Source of the DNA: Octopus vulgaris
Taxonomy: Eukaryota
Assembly: GCA_951406725.2 (NCBI GenBank)
Contig: OX597833.1
Coordinates: 59,768,001-59,832,000 of the forward strand
Direction: 5' to 3'
DNA: 64,000 nucleotides
The notes under the pieces were generated by a model. The model saw only the letters and a program-made list of their open reading frames with translations. It was not told the DNA's origin and searched no databases. Positions 1-12,659 of this stretch are shown here, piece by piece. Position 1 is the first letter of the stretch. Every line of letters begins with the position of its first letter. The translations under genes and the position numbers were made by a program.

Positions 1-210
1 AAACGTTAGCACGCCAGGCGAAATGCGTAGCCGTATTTCGTCTGCCGTTACGTTCTGAGTTCAAATTCCGCTGAGGTCGACTTTGCCTTTCATCCTTTCA
101 GGGTTGATAAATAAAGAACCAGTTTCGCACTGGGGTCGATGTAATCCACTTAATCCGTTTGTCTGTCCTTATTTGTCCCCTCTATGTTTAACCCCTTGTG
201 GATAGTAAAG
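1..210 (+). mobile_element. SINE family B (cut by the window edge)
   Basis: B-box-like GAGTTCAAATTCC and conserved core gcctttcatcctttcggggtcgataaattaagtaccag shared by many copies. Confidence 0.85.
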
Positions 211-972
211 TAATATATTTTAATCTAATATTGCTTCTGCTATATATAGTAACATTATATAATCACTGTATTGCCCAGACTATCAACTGTGGTTAAATAC
301 CGCTGGTCACAATGCGCTTCCTTGTATTGTTGTAGCTTTTGAATGATGACACCCCATTGGCTGTGTGGGTAGGCCAACATTCTTCCTGAATGAGAGCCTG
401 TCGGTTGCAGGGTTACCCATTTATGGCCGAGTGGACTGCAGCAATGAAATGGAGTGTTTTGCTCTTGAAGATAAAGCACTGTTGTCTGGGAATTGAAACC
501 ATGGTCTTGCGATCATGAGTACAACATCCTAACAACTAGGCCGTGCTCCTTCACACACACATGTGGTCAAGAGTTTCCTTTCATTTTATCTTATGCGAAT
601 CTTAATTTTTCTTCTGCTGGTGACATGTAAAATGCACCCAGTACACTCTGTAGTATAGTTGTTATAGGTAGAGTATCCTGCTGTAGAGACTAAGTCAAAA
701 TGAAATGTATAGGCATCAGTCTACAAGAGCAGTGGCTCCCAATAAGAACTGACTTGGACTTTGAAGACCCATCTAACCTATGCCAGCAGAGAATGTGGAC
801 GTAAACTGATATATTTCACTGGTTGATTATAAATACTGAATAAAATATGACTGAAACTATGGAAGCTTTAGTACTTATTTTAAATCTGCTGTTTTCTTAT
901 TCTCCTTTTGCCAAATTGCTAAGTTATGTCAGTGTAAACAAACCAACATCCAATGTCAAGCAGTAAGGAAAG

Positions 973-1060
<88 letters not shown>

Positions 1061-1659
1061 GCATTCTTTCAATTTATCATCACAAATTGAAAGTGGGTAA
1101 TTATTGTTAACAATTAGCATTGATACTTTAAAAAGAAATTTTTTTTTTTTACAGAAATTCTATCTTCATATTTTCAAAGTGGAAATCTTCCACAAAAATT
1201 CCCATTAAAAAGTTAAAAACAAAGATGTGTGTGTGTGTGTGTGTGTTTGGGAGAAGTGGAGGGAACTAAAAATTTGGAAATCTATATTTTTGGCAAAAAA
1301 AAAAAAATAATAATCATAATCTCTAGTGTTAAAAACAGGAATCTGAAAATATTTGGAATATCCACTTTCCTACCCCTCCTCCACCCCAAAAAACAAACTC
1401 ATATACAAACAAGAAAGCACGGGTACCTATTTGACACATCTGCTTGGATGTTCCTGAACAGAGTCAATATTTACTTTTCAGTTTGTGATTGTACACTGAC
1501 AGAATACCACACACACACATACACAGAGTGGGCTTTTATTCAATTTTCGCCTACCAAATTAAGTGACAAAGCATTGGGTCAACTCAGAGCTATGTTGAGG
1601 GAGGACTTAGCCACAGGGCTGTGCTTGTAATGTGTGTGTGCGTGATGTGATTGTGTGTG

Positions 1660-2330
1660 ATGTATGAGTCTGTATCTATATATGTGTGGTGTATGTGACT
1701 ATATAATAGTATGTGTGTGTGTGCCTATGTGTGTATGTAAATGGTATGTATAGTGTGTGTGTGTGTCTATGTGTGTATGTAAATATGTATGGTGTGTGTG
1801 ACTATATGATAGTGTGTGTGTGTGTCTATGTGTGTATGTAAATGATATGTATGGTGTGTGTGACTATATAATAGTGTGTGTGTGTGTGTGTGTGTGTGTG
1901 CCTATGTGTGTATGTAAATATGTGTGTGTGTGTGACTATATAATAGTGTGTGTGTGTGTGTGTGCCGATGTGTGTATTTAAATGATATGTATGGTGTGTG
2001 TGTGACCATGTGTGTGTGTGTGCCTATGTGTGTATGTAAATATGTATGGTGTGTGTGACTATATAATAGTATGTGTGTGTGCCTGTGTGTGTATGTAAAT
2101 GATATGTATGGTGTGTGTGTGTGTCTATGTGTGTATGTAAATAATATGTATGGTGTGTGTGACTATATAATAGTGTCTGTGTGTGTATGTGTGCGCCTAT
2201 GTGTGTATGTAAATGATATGTATGGTGTGTGTGACTATATAATAGTGTGTGTGTGTGTATAATGTATTGTCTGCATGTATGTGATTGTGTGTATGTAAGT
2301 GATATGTATGGTGTGTGTGTGTATTTGATG
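1660..2330. repeat. TG-rich compound minisatellite
   Basis: Recurrent gactatataatagt and ctatgtgtgtatgtaaat blocks between (TG)n. Confidence 0.85.
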
Positions 2331-2701
2331 TTTGTGTGTTTTTATTAAGCACAGATAACATGAGTTAAGCAAATAAGAGACGCAAAATCCCAAACAAGGA
2401 CACAAATTCCTCTTCATCAAATATTGACTGAAGTTCTACAATGTCGCAGATGTGTGTATGTCTTTATATGAGCATGGTGGGGGGGGGGGGGGAACTGGTC
2501 CCTTGAAACATAAACACCCAGAGGTACGTTAGGTCTGACGAACTAACATGGGTATTGACTTTGTAATTTGTATGCGAGTGGAACACCGAAATAAACACAA
2601 GAACAAAAATATTGGGTGTTCGTATAACAATCGGCCCCTTCCCTGTTGTCTGATGATGGAAGCTAGTTAAAGAACAGAGCTATTGGGGATTATATAGTGT
2701 A

Positions 2702-3203
2702 CTAGCAGCATAGCCCGGCATTGCCCGGGTATGTAAGAGCCCCTGGAGCAGACATGTGAATTTAAAAAAAATTTCTGCCAATTTGTGAAAGATATTGTCG
2801 AAAATATGTCATCTTGAATTTGAACGCGATTTCCCAAAATGGTATGATTTTATCGATTTTTTTCTGATGGTAAGGTATTGCATGGAAAACTAACGTCAGA
2901 ATTAAGTTTCTTAGGGTAACATTAAGCTTCACCATGAGTTTGGTGAAAATCGATTGCAAGTTGCGAAAACTACAACAGAAAATGTGTTGCATATAAAAAG
3001 CTTAGATTCTCGACCCCATGTCGAATTTATCGATTTTTTTCAGAACTAGGGGAATTTTTCAAACTTTTCGCTGCGTTAGTTTTGAATTATGACATTGGGC
3101 TATGTGTGTGTCAAGTTTCATCAGAATCGGTTGAAAGCCGTGGTCAGGGTGAGGGTACAACCTGACAGACACAGACAGACAAACTGCCGTTTACATATAG
3201 AGA
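2702..3203 (-). mobile_element. Non-autonomous Helitron
   Basis: On the minus strand it starts TC and ends with the hairpin CCCGGGCAATGCCGGG followed by CTAG; inserted between A and T. Confidence 0.75.
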
Positions 3204-3207
3204 TATA

Positions 3208-3581
3208 TCTCTCTCTATATAAACGGCAGTTTGTCTGTGTGTGTTTCTGTGTGTCTGTTTGGTTGTACCCTCACTCTGACCACGGCTTTCAACCGATTCT
3301 GATGAAACTTGACACACACATAGCCCAATGTCATAATTCAAAACTAACGCAGCGAAAATTTTGAAAAGTTCCCCCAGTTCTGAAAAAGATCGATAAATTC
3401 GACATGGGGTCGACAATCAGAAACACAAACCACAGATGGTCTAGGGGACGCAACTCGACCTTTTTAACTATCAAAAAAAATTTACTATAATTTTTTTTGC
3501 TATTTTTTGGCTATAACTCTCTAAAAATGCTTTATAGTTATTTCCCTTACAAACCCGAGCAACGCCGGGCGATACTGCTAG
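3208..3581 (+). mobile_element. Non-autonomous Helitron
   Basis: A|TC start, 3' hairpin CCCGAGCAACGCCGGG then GCTAG|T. Its first ~200 bp are the reverse complement of the neighbouring element. Confidence 0.8.
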
Positions 3582-3665
3582 TAGAATATATTACTAGTAT
3601 ACATGATAGCAGCAGAGAGACTATGTATACATGTATGTATGTATCTGTACAGGTATGCATGTATA

Positions 3666-3886
3666 CTCTTTACTCGTTTACTTGTTTCAGTCATTTGACT
3701 GCGGCCATGCTGGATCACCACCTTTAATCGAGCAACTTGACCCCGGGACTTATTCTTTTTGTAAGCCCAGTACTTATTCTATTGGTCTCTTTTGCCGAAC
3801 CGCTAAGTGACGGGGACATAAACACACCAGCATCGGTTGTCAAGCAATGCTACAGGGGGACAAACACAGACACACAAACACACGCA

Positions 3887-3938
<52 letters not shown>

Positions 3939-4109
3939 CATATATACGACGGGCTTCTTTCAGTTTCCGTCTACCAAATCCACTCACAAGGCTATGGTTG
4001 GCCCGAGGCTATAGTAGAAGATACTTGCCCAAGGTGCCACGCAGTAGGACTGAACCCGGAACCATGTGGTTGGTAAACAAGCTACTTACCACACAGCCAC
4101 TCCTGCGCC
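3666..4109 (-). mobile_element. tRNA-derived SINE family A, full length
   Basis: Head GGCGCAGGAGTGGCTGTGTGGTAAG with B-box-like GGTTCAGTCC, internal (TA)n/(TG)n, tail (GTAAAAGA)n; many near-identical copies in the window. Confidence 0.9.
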
Positions 4110-4536
4110 TGTATGCATCTTTTATTTGTTACAGTCATTGTACTGAAACCGTGCAGGGGCACCGCCTTGAAAGGTCTTAATCAATTGAATTGATCCCAGT
4201 ACTTTATTTTTAAAGTCTGGTATTTATTATTATTATTTTTTTTCTTTTGTTGAGCCAGCTAGTTATGGGGACAGAAACAAACCAGCACCAGTTGCCAAGC
4301 AGTGGTGAGAGGGTCAAACATGAAGAGAGAGAGAGAGACAGACACACACACATGCACAGTGGGTTTCTGTTTAGCAAGTCTGCTCTCAAAGCTTTGGCCA
4401 GCCTACTAAGGCTATAATAGAAGACACTTGCCCAAGGTGCCACACAGTGGGACTGAACCTGAAACATGTGGTTGGGAAAGAAGCTTCTTACCATATTGTA
4501 CATACACATGCATGTCTGTGCATATATTTGTGTGTG

Positions 4537-4580
<44 letters not shown>

Positions 4581-4872
4581 TCATCATCGTTTAATGTCTG
4601 ATTTTCATGCTAGCATGGGTTGGACGATTTGACTGAGGACTGGCAAACCAGATGGCTGCACCATGCTCCAATCTTGATCTGACAGAGTTTCTACAGCTGG
4701 ATGCCCTTCCTAACGCCAACCACTCCGAAAGTGTAGTGGGTGCTTTTTAAGTGCCACCGGCACGAGGGCAAGTCAGGCGGTACTGGCAACAGCAACGGCC
4801 ATGCTGAAATGGTGTTTTTTACTCGCCACCTGCACAGAAGCCAGTCCAGCGGCACTGGCAATGACCTCGCTC

Positions 4873-4914
<42 letters not shown>

Positions 4915-5140
4915 CTGTCTTCTCATTTTCATACAAATCTTCTGTGATCAACTTGGGATCCCTTGATGACAATGTAACATTCATTTGACTAAGGTATCTT
5001 CAGCCTGATTAGTAGCTAGCAGAGTATCCTTCATTGAGTAATTACTACGTCCGAAGTTCTGCGAGCTAGGAAACACATGTAACTTGGATTTTACCTGCTC
5101 CATTCCCTAAATTTGTGTGCGCGCACACACACATATATAT

Positions 5141-5221
5141 AATATAAATTAGAGATAAAACCACAATTATGCAATTCAAACATTGAATTGCATAATAGTG
5201 GTTTTATCTCTAATTTATATT
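5141..5221. repeat. 39-bp inverted repeat with 3-nt loop (fold-back) in TA-rich context
   Basis: 5141-5179 is the reverse complement of 5183-5221 with one mismatch. Confidence 0.85.
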
Positions 5222-5755
5222 TTATATATATATATTGTGAAATTTGATTTAATACTAAATTGAATTTTTCCCTGTAAGTTTGGAGTTATACTCCCTAATA
5301 TTATTATATATATATATATATAGGTGTTTCTGTGTGGTTAAGATGTTTGCTTCCCAACCACATGATTTCAGGTTCAATCCTACTGCATGGCACTTTGGGT
5401 GAGTATTCTCAATTATATTCCTAGACCAGACAAAACCTTGCTGAGTGGATGTGCTAGACAGAAACGGAAAGAAACCTATAGCGTGTGTGTGTGTGTTTAT
5501 GTGTGGAAGCATGTGGATTTGTGTTATTGCCTCCTTATCTTGATATTGCGTGACAGTTGTAAATAAGCATTACTCATACAAACAATGTCCTTTGTTTCCA
5601 ACCTGTCATGAAAACCTACTTGGCCATGGGGAAAATAGCTTACTTGGAAACTGGTGAGGGTCGATGATCAGAAGGGCATCTGGCCATAGAAAATTCCGCT
5701 CCCCCCCAATTTCAAACCTTGCAAGTATGAAAACCTAAATGGGGAGGTTAAAACT

Positions 5756-6001
5756 CTCTCTCTCTCTCTATCCGCTCAGTCGAAGTCGACTCTCGGTCAC
5801 TCATTGGATCAGTATCCTCCAGTCAGTTCTATCCTGGGCCGCTTCCTTCAGATTCGCCATGTCCATTCCGGTATCACTCCTGATGGTGTCAAGTCAGCGG
5901 GTTCTTGGTCGGCCTCTTCCTCTCTTGCCACTGACCATTCCGAGCATGATGTCCTTCTCCAGGAATTTTCTCTGCATAATATGACCAAAATATGCCAATC
6001 T
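5756..6001 (-). mobile_element. 5'-truncated RTE/BovB-type LINE 3' end with 11-bp TSD
   Basis: Minus strand reads LAYFGHIMQRKFLEKDIMLGMVSGKRGRGRPRTR*LDTIRSDTGMDMANLKEAAQDRTDWR. It has a (GA)n tail. TSD aggttaaaact is at 5745-5755 and 6002-6012. Confidence 0.85.
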
Positions 6002-6069
6002 AGGTTAAAACTAAACTTAATTAATCCATACCTTAAACTTAATTATGTTAACAGTTACTCAAATTCTTT

Positions 6070-6330
6070 CCCACTGCATTGTCCGAAAGTACTTTTATAT
6101 GCATTTAGGCATCTTGAGAATCTTCTCATTGGTCCACAGAATAGACAGGGATTCTTCAGAGCAGAGCCGGCATCTCCTGGAAATGATATTGTATGGTTCT
6201 GCGTGCCTTATGGACCAAGTTATGTTGTACTTAATTTTATCCTCCTTCAGTTGCCATACAAAGTCGGCCAAAGATGTTGAATATCTCTTATTGATTTTCT
6301 TAAAACTGGTGATAACAAATTCTTAAATGA
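6070..6330 (-). mobile_element. Penelope-like element GIY-YIG endonuclease C-terminal fragment (degenerate)
   Basis: Minus strand reads approximately SFKKINKRYSTSLADFVWQLKEDKIKYNITWSIRHAEPYNIISRRCRLCSEESLSIL, matching the TxLxxxxWxLK...YxIxWxI...CxLCxxE pattern of Penelope ORF ends. Confidence 0.7.
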
Positions 6331-7760
6331 ATCAGCTGTGTGTGTTGCTGTCTTTTTTGTCTTAATATCACATTAGTCATAAACGAATGTCACTTTTAAA
6401 CAAGTGGTGTTCTTCATATCCAATTTTCCACGAAAATAATGTCTGGTCATGGGGAAATATTAGCTTGCTAGGAAATAGGTGTGGGTTGGTTACAAGAAGG
6501 CCATAGAATCATACATCTGGCCATAAAATATCTGCCTCCACAAACTCTGTCTGACCCATACAAGCATGGAAATGTGGATGTTAAAACAATGCTGACACAG
6601 ATACGCACACGCATGTGTGGAAGAGAGGAAGAGAGAGCTGTATAAAGTGTGTCCTTCTACACAGCCCCCGCACCCCATATTTTCAGTAAAACACTCAGAA
6701 TTTCATCTATGATTCCATATTTAACAATGAAGTGGTTAAAACTATTGACCACTTCAACATCTTTCCACTTAACTATTTATAAATGTGTTGGAATAAAACT
6801 TAATGTGTAAGAAAGAGGTATGATGGTGATTATTTGTGACTAAGTGTTGCTAACTTGCATGTGACAGTGTGTGTGAGCATGCGTGTTGATGAACTAGTTA
6901 AGATATTGGTCTACCAATTCAACAGTCTTAAGTTCAAGCCTTTTATTAGTCAGTCAGTAAAACTGTAGTTAGGCAAAAGCACAACCTCAACTCACAGTTA
7001 ACCTCATGTTTTATCATGATCTTCAACCTCCTTGTCTTGTTCTTGACGTTGCTTGACCAAATCCTTCCCACTTTGTGGGCTTCTTATATCTCATTTATAG
7101 AGGATCTGTCCAGTATCCTTTACCTGTTTCAGCTCCGGCAGAGGGTGGTGATCCCTGCTGTACTCTTTCACCACTCTTTCTTCTGTTGGCCTGCTCGCTT
7201 AGCCAGCGGGGTGGCATCATTCGAAGGCTAAAACAATGCGAACGCATTGTGATGGTCTGGTCAGTCACGTGATCACGTGAGATATATATATATATATATA
7301 TACATACACATATATATATACATACACATATACACACACACATGACCATATTGTTATACATAGTGTTATACCACATGATTAAAGCACTTCCGTATTTCTC
7401 AGAACTGTTTTGTAGGGTCAGCTGTGTTCCCATCAGTTCCACGTTCTCCAACTAAAAAGCTGTTTAATCCCATCATTTAGTGTTGCCTTATTGTATTTAT
7501 AGTCTGAAGTTTGTACATGGCACTTAATGGTGTATATAATTTGAAGTGTGAGGCCAACATCTTGTCCATACATGCAAAACGCAAGAACAGCTGCCCAGTG
7601 AGGGTTTAGCTTTCAATAAATATACTCTACTTTGTCTACGGAGTACTCTTATTTTTTTGTGTGTGTACACTTATTATTACTCACAGATACACACATATAT
7701 ACACATACTGATACAATATATATACATACACACTTACAGATGCATACAAGTATATACATG

Positions 7761-7800
<40 letters not shown>

Positions 7801-7803
<3 letters not shown>

Positions 7804-8069
7804 CGGAGATGTACTTGCATAGCAAGTAACCTGATCTGAGATCGTATGCTGGAACGAAAACAATTGCAGCATGGAAGGTGTTTATAAGCCATTTAAGAAA
7901 CATGCAAAAACCGTTAGATTCACTTCAACATTTAAATTTAATTTGTCAGTGAACAGGTCGCGGTCTCAAAGCGACGAAAATATTTTGACAAATTAAATTT
8001 AAATGTTGAAGTGAATCTAACGGTTTTTGTATGTTTCTTAAATGGCTTATAAAACACCTTCCACGCTGC

Positions 8070-8073
<4 letters not shown>
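7801..8073. mobile_element. Penelope-like terminal-repeat fragment with inversion (fold-back) between (TA)n tracts
   Basis: Inverted arms 7862-7948 and 7986-8073 with few mismatches enclose a hammerhead motif; (TA)n on both sides. Confidence 0.6.
7944..7990 (+). ncRNA. Minimal type-I hammerhead motif with G3:C8 compensatory core
   Basis: Stem I TGTCA/TGACA; core GTGAACA (7949-7955) plus one extra G; stem II GTCGC-9nt-GCGAC; GAAA; palindromic stem III AATATT; UUU triplet, predicted cut after 7985. Confidence 0.65.
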
Positions 8074-8104
<31 letters not shown>

Positions 8105-8279
8105 CATACATATATATACCTATTCATATACACATACAGATATATACTCTCTCTCTCTCTCACACTAGCACACACACACACAAACACACAAGGAATACAT
8201 AACTGTCACAAAGTTTACAAAATTCTATTGTCACTCCTCTATTTTTAATGAATGTACATTGTTTATATGCATATGTAGA

Positions 8280-8312
<33 letters not shown>

Positions 8313-8441
8313 TGTGTGTGTGTGTGAATCAATGCCAGCATGGATGATGGACATTAATAGATGAATGATGAGATATATATATATTTATGTCTCCCTCTCC
8401 CCTTTTCTCTCTCTCATATATATATATATATACATATATAT

Positions 8442-8489
<48 letters not shown>

Positions 8490-8567
8490 TGGTGCCAGCC
8501 AGAGCTGGCAACGGCCACGAACGGATGGTGTTTTTTATATATACGGTCGCGAACGGAAGGTTCTCTT

Positions 8568-8612
<45 letters not shown>

Positions 8613-8845
8613 GTTTCATTATACATAGTGTGCTTGATAGGAATTTACAAACTTTGAGAGATTGTGAAATGAATTTTTTTTTAATGGTGGAATGTGGAAT
8701 AGAACATCTGTCATGTTTAAGAAAAACGTAGTTTCAAGTCCCACAGGCAGCCTTCAACTTTTTCCATCCATGGGTTCTTTAATCTAATACTTACATGCTA
8801 TTATTTCTCTTACTTTATCTACGTCACATTCCATCCACTAAAACG

Positions 8846-8887
<42 letters not shown>

Positions 8888-8889
<2 letters not shown>

Positions 8890-9296
8890 CACAGGAGTGG
8901 CTGTGTGGTAAGTAGCTTGCTAACCAACCACATGGTTCCGGGTTCAGTCCCACTGCGTGGCATCTTGGGCAAGTGTCTTCTGCTATAGCCCCGGGCCGAC
9001 CAATGCCTTGTGAGTGGATTTGGTAGACGGAAACTGAAAGAAGCCTGTCGTATAATATATATATATATATAATGTATCTATGTGTGTCTTTGTGTGTCTG
9101 TGCTTTTCCCCCTAGCATTGCTTGACAGCCGATGCTGGTGTGTTTACGTCCCCGTCACTTAGCGGTTCGGCAAAAAGAGAACCGATAGAATAAGTACTGG
9201 GCTTACAAAGAATAAGTCCCGGGGTCGATTTGCTCGACAAAAGGCGGTGCTCCAGCATGGCCGCAGTCAAATGACTGAAACAAGTAAAAGAGTAAA

Positions 9297-9299
<3 letters not shown>
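8888..9299 (+). mobile_element. SINE family A, full length
   Basis: Same head, body and tail as the other copies. Confidence 0.9.
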
Positions 9300-9335
<36 letters not shown>

Positions 9336-9459
9336 TACACACGGCTGTGTTGTAAGAAGCTTGCTTCCCGATCACATGGTTCCGGGTTCAGTCTCACTGA
9401 GTGGTACCTCCGGCAAGTGACTTCTACTATAACCTTGAGCTGACCAAAGCATTGTGAAC

Positions 9460-10432
9460 AGATTTGGTAGACGGAAACTGAAAGAATCCTGTCGTATAAT
9501 ATGTGTGTCTGCGTTTGTCCCCCCACCAATGCTTGACAACCAGTGTTGGTGTGTTTACATCCCCATAACTTAGCAGTTTGATAGAAGAGACTGATAAAAT
9601 AAGTACGGGGGGGGGGTTAAGAAAATAAGTACCCGTGGTGGGGGTGGGGTGGCCACAGTCTTGTGACTGAGACTAGGTAGGTATAATTGAGGTTGTAACA
9701 ACTCTCCTTTTTTAATGTCGGTTAGTTTATGATATATAATCCTCTCCAGAGATCTTTTTACTGACAGGTTTGGTTGATGGAAACTGAAAGAAGCCCAATG
9801 TGTGTGTGTCTGTGTTTGTCCCCCTACCAATGCTTGACAACCAGTGTTGGTGTGTTTACATCCCCATAACTTAGCAGTTTGACAGAAGAGACTGATAAAA
9901 TAAGTACAGGGTTTTAAGAAAATAAGTACCCAGGGTGGGGATGGGGTGGCCACAGTCTTGTGACTAAGACAAGTAAAAGAAATATATATATATATAGTTT
10001 TATAGGTAGGTATAATTGAGGTTGTAACAACTCTTGTCGGGTTAGTTTATGATATATAATCCTCTCCAGAGATCTTTTTACTGACAGGTTTGGTTGATGG
10101 AAACTGAAAGAAGCCCAATGTGTGTGTGTCTGTGTTTGTCCCCCTACCATTGCTTGACAACCAGTGTTGGTGTGTTTACGTCCCCATAACTTAGCAGTTT
10201 GATAGAAGAGACTGATAAAATAAGTACAGGGTTTTAAGAAAATAAGTACCCGGAGGGGGGGTCGGAGGTGGGGTGGCCACGGTCTCGTGACTGAGACAAG
10301 TAAAAGAAATATATATATATATATATAGTTTTATAGGTAGGTATAATAATTGAGGTTGTAACAACTCTCCTTTATTAATGTCGGGTTAGTTTATGATATA
10401 TAATCCTCTCCAGAGATCTTTTTACTGACAGT
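9460..10432 (+). repeat. Tandem triplication (~320-bp unit) of a SINE-A 3' part plus flanking DNA
   Basis: tttggttgatggaaactgaaagaagcccaatg recurs at ~9769 and ~10089; cctctccagagatctttttactgacag occurs three times. Confidence 0.85.
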
Positions 10433-10980
10433 TTGGGTGAAGTGAAGTGTCACTAAGGTTGGGTAGGGTGGTGAGATATCGGGAGATGTGTGTGTGTGTG
10501 TGAGAATGTTTAACCCTCGTTCACCTCACCTCTCTCTTCCTTATTGACATACATATATCTTTACTGCTTTCTCACCACCCAGCCATTTTACTCAACACTT
10601 CTGTAGTACCACAGTAGCTGGCTCTTCCAGCCACTTACACTGTCACATTTGTCTGTCTGTCTGTATGTCTGTCGCCCCTCCCTGCCACACACACACACAC
10701 ATGCAGTGGGGGGGGGGTGTGCTGCTACTTCCAATATCACTGAAGTCTCTAATTAGGTCTCACTTGGCGTCAAGGTACATTACACAGCTTCCCTTATTGT
10801 AGGTTGATAGAGGGTACCTTACCTTGTTTTGATCAGTCTCCCACAAAGAAAAGACCCCTCACATTGCTTCAGTTTTGTTTATTTAAAGTAAAGTGATCTG
10901 CGACAAAAGTCTATCTATCTTAAGCAAGACACCTTACTCTACTTATCCTACATATATTTCGGTTAAATACAGCTTTTATA

Positions 10981-11183
10981 CTCTTTTACTTGTTTCAGTC
11001 ATTTGACTGTGGCCATGCTGGAGCACCGCCTTCAGTCGAGCAAATCGACCCCGGGACTTATTCTTTGTAAGCCCAGTACTTATTCTATCGGTCTCTTTTG
11101 TCGAACCGCTAAGTGACGGGGGACGCAAACAACACCAGCATCATTTGTCAAGCAATGCTAGGGGGACAAACACAGACACACAA

Positions 11184-11216
<33 letters not shown>

Positions 11217-11387
11217 CATATATACGACAGGCTTCTTTCAGTTTCCGTCTACCAAATCGACTCACAAGGCATTGGTCGGCCGGAGGCTATAGCAGAAGAC
11301 ACTTGCCCAAGACGCCACGCAGTGGGACTGAACCCGGAACCATGTGGCTGGTAAGCAAGCTACTTACCACACAGCCACTCCTGCGCC
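10981..11387 (-). mobile_element. SINE family A, full length
   Basis: Reverse complement of the family A consensus. Confidence 0.9.
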
Positions 11388-11714
11388 GAAATATCTTAGC
11401 AAAAACAAGCTTAAACATTCTCCAGACAGAGATATGATATAGTTACATTTATCTTAGCTCCTTCTCTCACAGTTTGCTTTATACACAATCTCTCCCCCTC
11501 TCTCTCTCTCCCCCACACACATTCTGTGTCTCCTTTACTATTATATTTAGTCGATCAGATTGCGCCCTCCCCCCGCCAACTCCTAGTATTTATATTATTT
11601 ATCTCTCTCTGTCAAACTTCACAGTCATGACATATAGACACAATATAAATGCAACACCAGTTTTTAGATCCATGTAAAACAAATTCACATTGAAGCAGGT
11701 ATGCACTCCCCCAC

Positions 11715-11762
<48 letters not shown>

Positions 11763-11763
<1 letters not shown>

Positions 11764-12153
11764 CATCATCATCATCATCATCATCGTTTAACATCCGCCC
11801 TCCATGCTAGCATGGGTTGGACGGTTCAACTGGGGTCTGGCAAGCCCGAAGGCTGCACCAGGCCAGTCAGATCTGGCAGTGTTTCTACAGCTGGATGCCC
11901 TTCCTAACGCCAACCACTCCGAGAGTGTAGTGGGTGATTTTATGTGCCACCGACACAGGTGCCAGACGAGGCTGGCAGACGGCCACGCTCGGATGGTGTT
12001 TTTTATGTGCCACCGACACAGGTGCCAGACGAGGCTGGCAGACGGCCACGCTCGGATGGTGTTTTTTATGTGCTACCGACACAGGTGCCAGACGAGGCTG
12101 GCAGACGGCCACGCTCGGATGGTGTTTTTTATGTGCCACCGACACAGGTGCCA
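11763..12153 (-). mobile_element. SINE-like family C with internal 63-bp tandem repeat (x3.3)
   Basis: (CAT)n tail and conserved ggatgcccttcctaacgccaaccac. Repeat units start at 11941, 12004, 12067 and 12130. Related copies are near 4578, 13648, 21560, 33741, 38903, 45812, 46398 and 61520. Confidence 0.8.
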
Positions 12154-12333
12154 GCGCAGGAGTGGCTGTGTGGTAAGTAGCTTGCTAACCAACCACATGG
12201 TTCCGGGTTCAGTCCTACTGTGTGGCATCTTGGGCAAGTGTCTTCTGCTATAGCCCCGGGCCGACCAATGCCTTGTGAGTGGATTTGGTAGACAGAAACT
12301 GAAAGAAGCCTGTCGTATATATGTATATATATG

Positions 12334-12364
<31 letters not shown>

Positions 12365-12555
12365 TTGTGTATCTGTGTTTGTCCCTCTAGCATTACGTTC
12401 CCGTAACTTAGCGGTTCAGCAAAAGAGACCGATAGAATAAGTACTGGGCTTACAAAGAATAAGTCCCGGGGTTGATTTGCTCGACTAAAGGCGGTGCTCC
12501 AGCATGGCCGCAGTCAAATGACTGAAACAAGTAAAAGAGTAAAGAGTAAAAGAGT
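12154..12555 (+). mobile_element. SINE family A
   Basis: Family A head and tail with a small internal deletion. Confidence 0.9.
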
Positions 12556-12659
12556 GTATATCTTAATATAATTAAAATTATTTATCTTCCTCTGTACACA
12601 AGTGAACTGGTGTCATTTTCACCTAAAACTGTTTCATTGATAATAATAATAATAGTGAA

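Noticed and set aside
3737-4180. Recurrent ORFs such as RASFSFRLPNPLTRLWSARGYSRRHLPKVPRSGTEPGTMW
   Set aside because: Antisense translations of SINE family A, repeated at every copy; not a gene family.
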